From contig JBJHCF010000062.1 of the NCBI GenBank assembly GCA_050506795.1, forward strand, positions 1 to 18,547: 18,547 nt of DNA, read 5' to 3'. Under the pieces are notes generated by a model. That model did no database searches, was not told the origin of the DNA, and saw only the letters and a program-made list of their open reading frames with translations. This document shows positions 15,923 to 18,547 of this stretch, one piece after another. Origin of the DNA: Opitutia bacterium. Its GTDB lineage: Bacteria > Verrucomicrobiota > Verrucomicrobiia > Opitutales > T3Sed10-336. The translations under genes and the position numbers were made by a program. The stretch's first letter is position 1, and every line of letters begins with the position of its first letter.

Positions 15923-18108
15923 GGATCAGTTGCACCAAGTGCAAGGCCGTCACGTCGGTAGATGAATTCGCAAGCCCGAAGATCAGCATTGATTCGATAG
16001 CCATTATTTCTTTCAATTATTTCTCTAGCTCGATCCGCACCAAACAATAGATCATAGGTTCTTGCATCCTCATGATGCCCCCTGCCCGGAAGGTCAGCAA
16101 CCGTATCATCAGTTCTCCCTATCAGATGTGTCACCTCATGAAAAAAAGCGACTGCGCGTGAATGACTCGATTCCTTCGTTTCAAAAAACAGGTCGGTTAT
16201 GTAAAGGTTTCCAAAACCACTTACCAAAGCTTTTCCAGTGGCATCAAATGCAATGGACTTACGCACAACCTGTTTCTTTTTAGATCGCAATGCCGCAATC
16301 GTTTGATCAACCGTATCAAGCATATACTTGATTTGATAAAGAAGTATACCTCGACCTCTTGTATCGCAATACAGGTCTGGAGCAAGATCAAGATATTCCT
16401 GCAAATCAGGTTGCACAATCATCAGTGCTTCAAGCCATGCACGATCTTGAGCCCACAACACCATCTCCTCTTCTTCTGGTGTCCAATAATCTGTGTATGA
16501 TGAGTATCCGTTAATTGCGAGGTTGAGTTGATCCCAAACATGATTTGGACCAAAAACAAATTTAAGCTCATATAGCCCCAAAAAGTCTACACGATTTATC
16601 GCATCATTTGTCGCGAATGCATACAGGTTTGGACCGCCCCGCTCGTTGATCGGATCCCTGTTCAGGAAACGGCCCGTAACTGGATTCTGGTAACGGAGGC
16701 CGTAATAAAGGAGATCGGTCTCCGCGTCTTCGTATTTCGTGCTGAAGCCAAACGGCATTTCCTTCGCGACGCCGGTTTGAACCACCGGTTCGCCGAAGGG
16801 GTTGTAATCTGCCCGGCCAGCCACGGCTAGTGTTGCGGTGTTCGTCCACGCAACGATGTTTCCGTTCGCGTCGCTGCTTGCGGCAAACGTCTGCGTTGGT
16901 GTTTGCGTCCAGAGCAAGCCACCGACTCCACCGGCTCCTTGCATCGACCCGCTCATGTCCGGCCCCCAGACGTGCTTGCGAACCATGGCATCACCGTCGA
17001 GCGCGTCGCGTTCTTCGATCAAGTTCCAGCCATCGTAGACAAAGCGCAAATCCTTGGTGGTCAGCCAACCGGAGGAACCGGTGTCCCAGTCCTTGACCAC
17101 CTTTTGAATGCGTCGTCCCTGGAAGTCGTACGAAAACTCAAGGCGTTGTTTCAAAGCGGGAAAGGCGGTGGCGACACTCGCCCGAGTTTCCATCGCTTTC
17201 AAGCGATTTTCAGCGTCCCACTCGTAGGTCCAGCGGCCGTCGGACTCCAGGTTGCCGTCAGCGTCATGGACGAAGGCTTCTGGGGTCTTGGCCAGGAAGG
17301 CTTGACGGGTTTCGTCCACGGTTTGACTATCAAATACGGCTTCCACTTCAATACTACTGTAAACCGCAGTTGCGGAATTTGCCACCGAAATTTCTCTTCT
17401 AAAATCGCGTCCGGTCCGCTGGGTCGATTGGCTGTCCACCGTCACTGTAGCTGTGGCGTGCGCTTCACCCAACACCTCGATGTAGCCGGGAACGGTGCGA
17501 TCATCATACTCATTGAGGAGATTCGGCGTGTAGGTGGCCGTCCGGCTATTGCGGGTGGCGGTTTCGCGATTTCCGATCTCGTCGAAGGTGAAACCATAGC
17601 TGTAGCCGGGCAGGATGGCGGATTGCGGATCGGCGGAGAGGCGTTTATGGGCGGATGTCACTTGGCCAAGTGAGTCATACCCGTAGTGCCAGGCGCGCCC
17701 GTCTTCGTGCTCGACGATGGTGCGCTGGTTGGCATCGTTGTGGGTGTAGTCGCGGCGGACGACGGTTGCGCCATCAACAATGGTTTCCACCCACGCGATG
17801 CGCCCGATATTGTCGATGGAGCGTTCATGCCGGAGGCGGGGCACGCCGACGCGGCGAACGGTGACACTGTCGAGTATCTCCGTGCCGGTCTCGTACCCGA
17901 AGTCGGCGTGATGATGATCTTCAGCGATACGGCTCAACCTTCCGGCCGTGTCGAAGAGGTAGGTCGCTTCGTAACCAGCTTCGGTCGCAAGCACGTTGAG
18001 GCGTTGGTGCGCATCGTACCCGCGGTCGATGCTGACGCCGCTCAACAGCCCGGAACCGGTATAATCCTCATACTCCAGCGCCCCGGCGGCGGTATAGCCG
18101 CGGCCCCG
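15919..18108 (-). pseudogene. 5'-truncated RHS/YD-repeat polymorphic toxin with a C-terminal HExxH metallopeptidase domain
   Basis: YD repeats and RHS core FGFSTKY.D.ETDLLYYGLRY..P.TGRFLNRDPI.E.GG.NLYAF. Cleavage motif DFLGL, then a 217-aa tip containing HEVTH. RHS-like sequence stops at the GGGGTCAG motif and no native start is visible. Confidence 0.88.
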
Positions 18109-18171
18109 TAAGGGGTCAGGCCTAAGTAGATAGGTATTGACTGGATTCGAACGGTTTGGGAGAAAGGCGTG

Positions 18172-18547
18172 ATGCCGAGGACTTTGAGAGTGGAGTATGA
18201 AGGTGCGCGCTACCACGTGTTGAACCGGGGCAATTACCGGCAGGCCCTGTTTGCGGTTCATCGAACAGGGGAGGCGTTTCGCGAGATGCTGTATCAGACG
18301 TGCCGGAGGTTTGGGTGGATCTTGCACGGGTATGTGGTGATGAGTAATCACTATCACCTGGCGCTGGAGACGCCTGTGGGGAATCTCTCGGCAGGGATGC
18401 AGTATTTGCAGTCGGTTTTTTCGAACCGCTTCAACAAGTTTGTCGGGGAGCGTGGGCATGTGTTCCAAGGTCGTTACAAGGCTTTGCTTCTGGAGGATTC
18501 GACCGCGTTGCTCCAGGTGGTGGATTACATCCATCTGAATCCGGTGA
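18172..18547 (+). mobile_element. REP-associated tyrosine transposase (RAYT, Y1/HUH); runs off the window and is absent from the ORF track
   Basis: Manual translation gives MPRTLRVEYEGARYHVLNRGN...MSNHYHLALETP.GNLS.GMQ...GHVFQGRYKALL...VVDYIHLNPV. HUH motif and catalytic Tyr are present. GGGGTCAGGCC lies 60 nt upstream. Confidence 0.93.

Noticed and set aside
18109..18534. N-terminal ~142 aa of the 871-aa RHS ORF
   Set aside because: This stretch is the antisense of the plus-strand RAYT gene and its leader. RHS-like sequence begins only past the GGGGTCAG motif.

Overview
GC-rich bacterial window. The gene set and repeat style suggest Verrucomicrobiota/Opitutia or another PVC lineage (inference). 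The left 14 kb is mostly housekeeping. It holds a minus-strand run fabF-ACP-phytoene-desaturase-like oxidoreductase-SelW/Rdx-SPFH(HflC-like), whose lipid genes resemble the anammox 'ladderane-cluster' type. It also holds a second desaturase-like paralog, a TIM-barrel protein, a secreted BSP-family HExxH protein, trpC, rsmA, two exbD genes without exbB, and a photolyase. Intergenic spaces carry many REP-like hairpins and miniature inverted-repeat elements, including three copies of a ~60-nt hairpin just after stop codons and a mirror-symmetric 245-bp element. The right 4.4 kb is a mosaic: a decayed RAYT/Y1 transposase, a group II intron 5' fragment, a 5'-truncated RHS toxin with an HExxH metalloprotease tip plus a GspG-like putative immunity gene, and a second RAYT running off the window. 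Every junction between these pieces falls on a GGGGTCAG/CTGACCCC motif. All calls come from reading motifs by eye; no searches were run.
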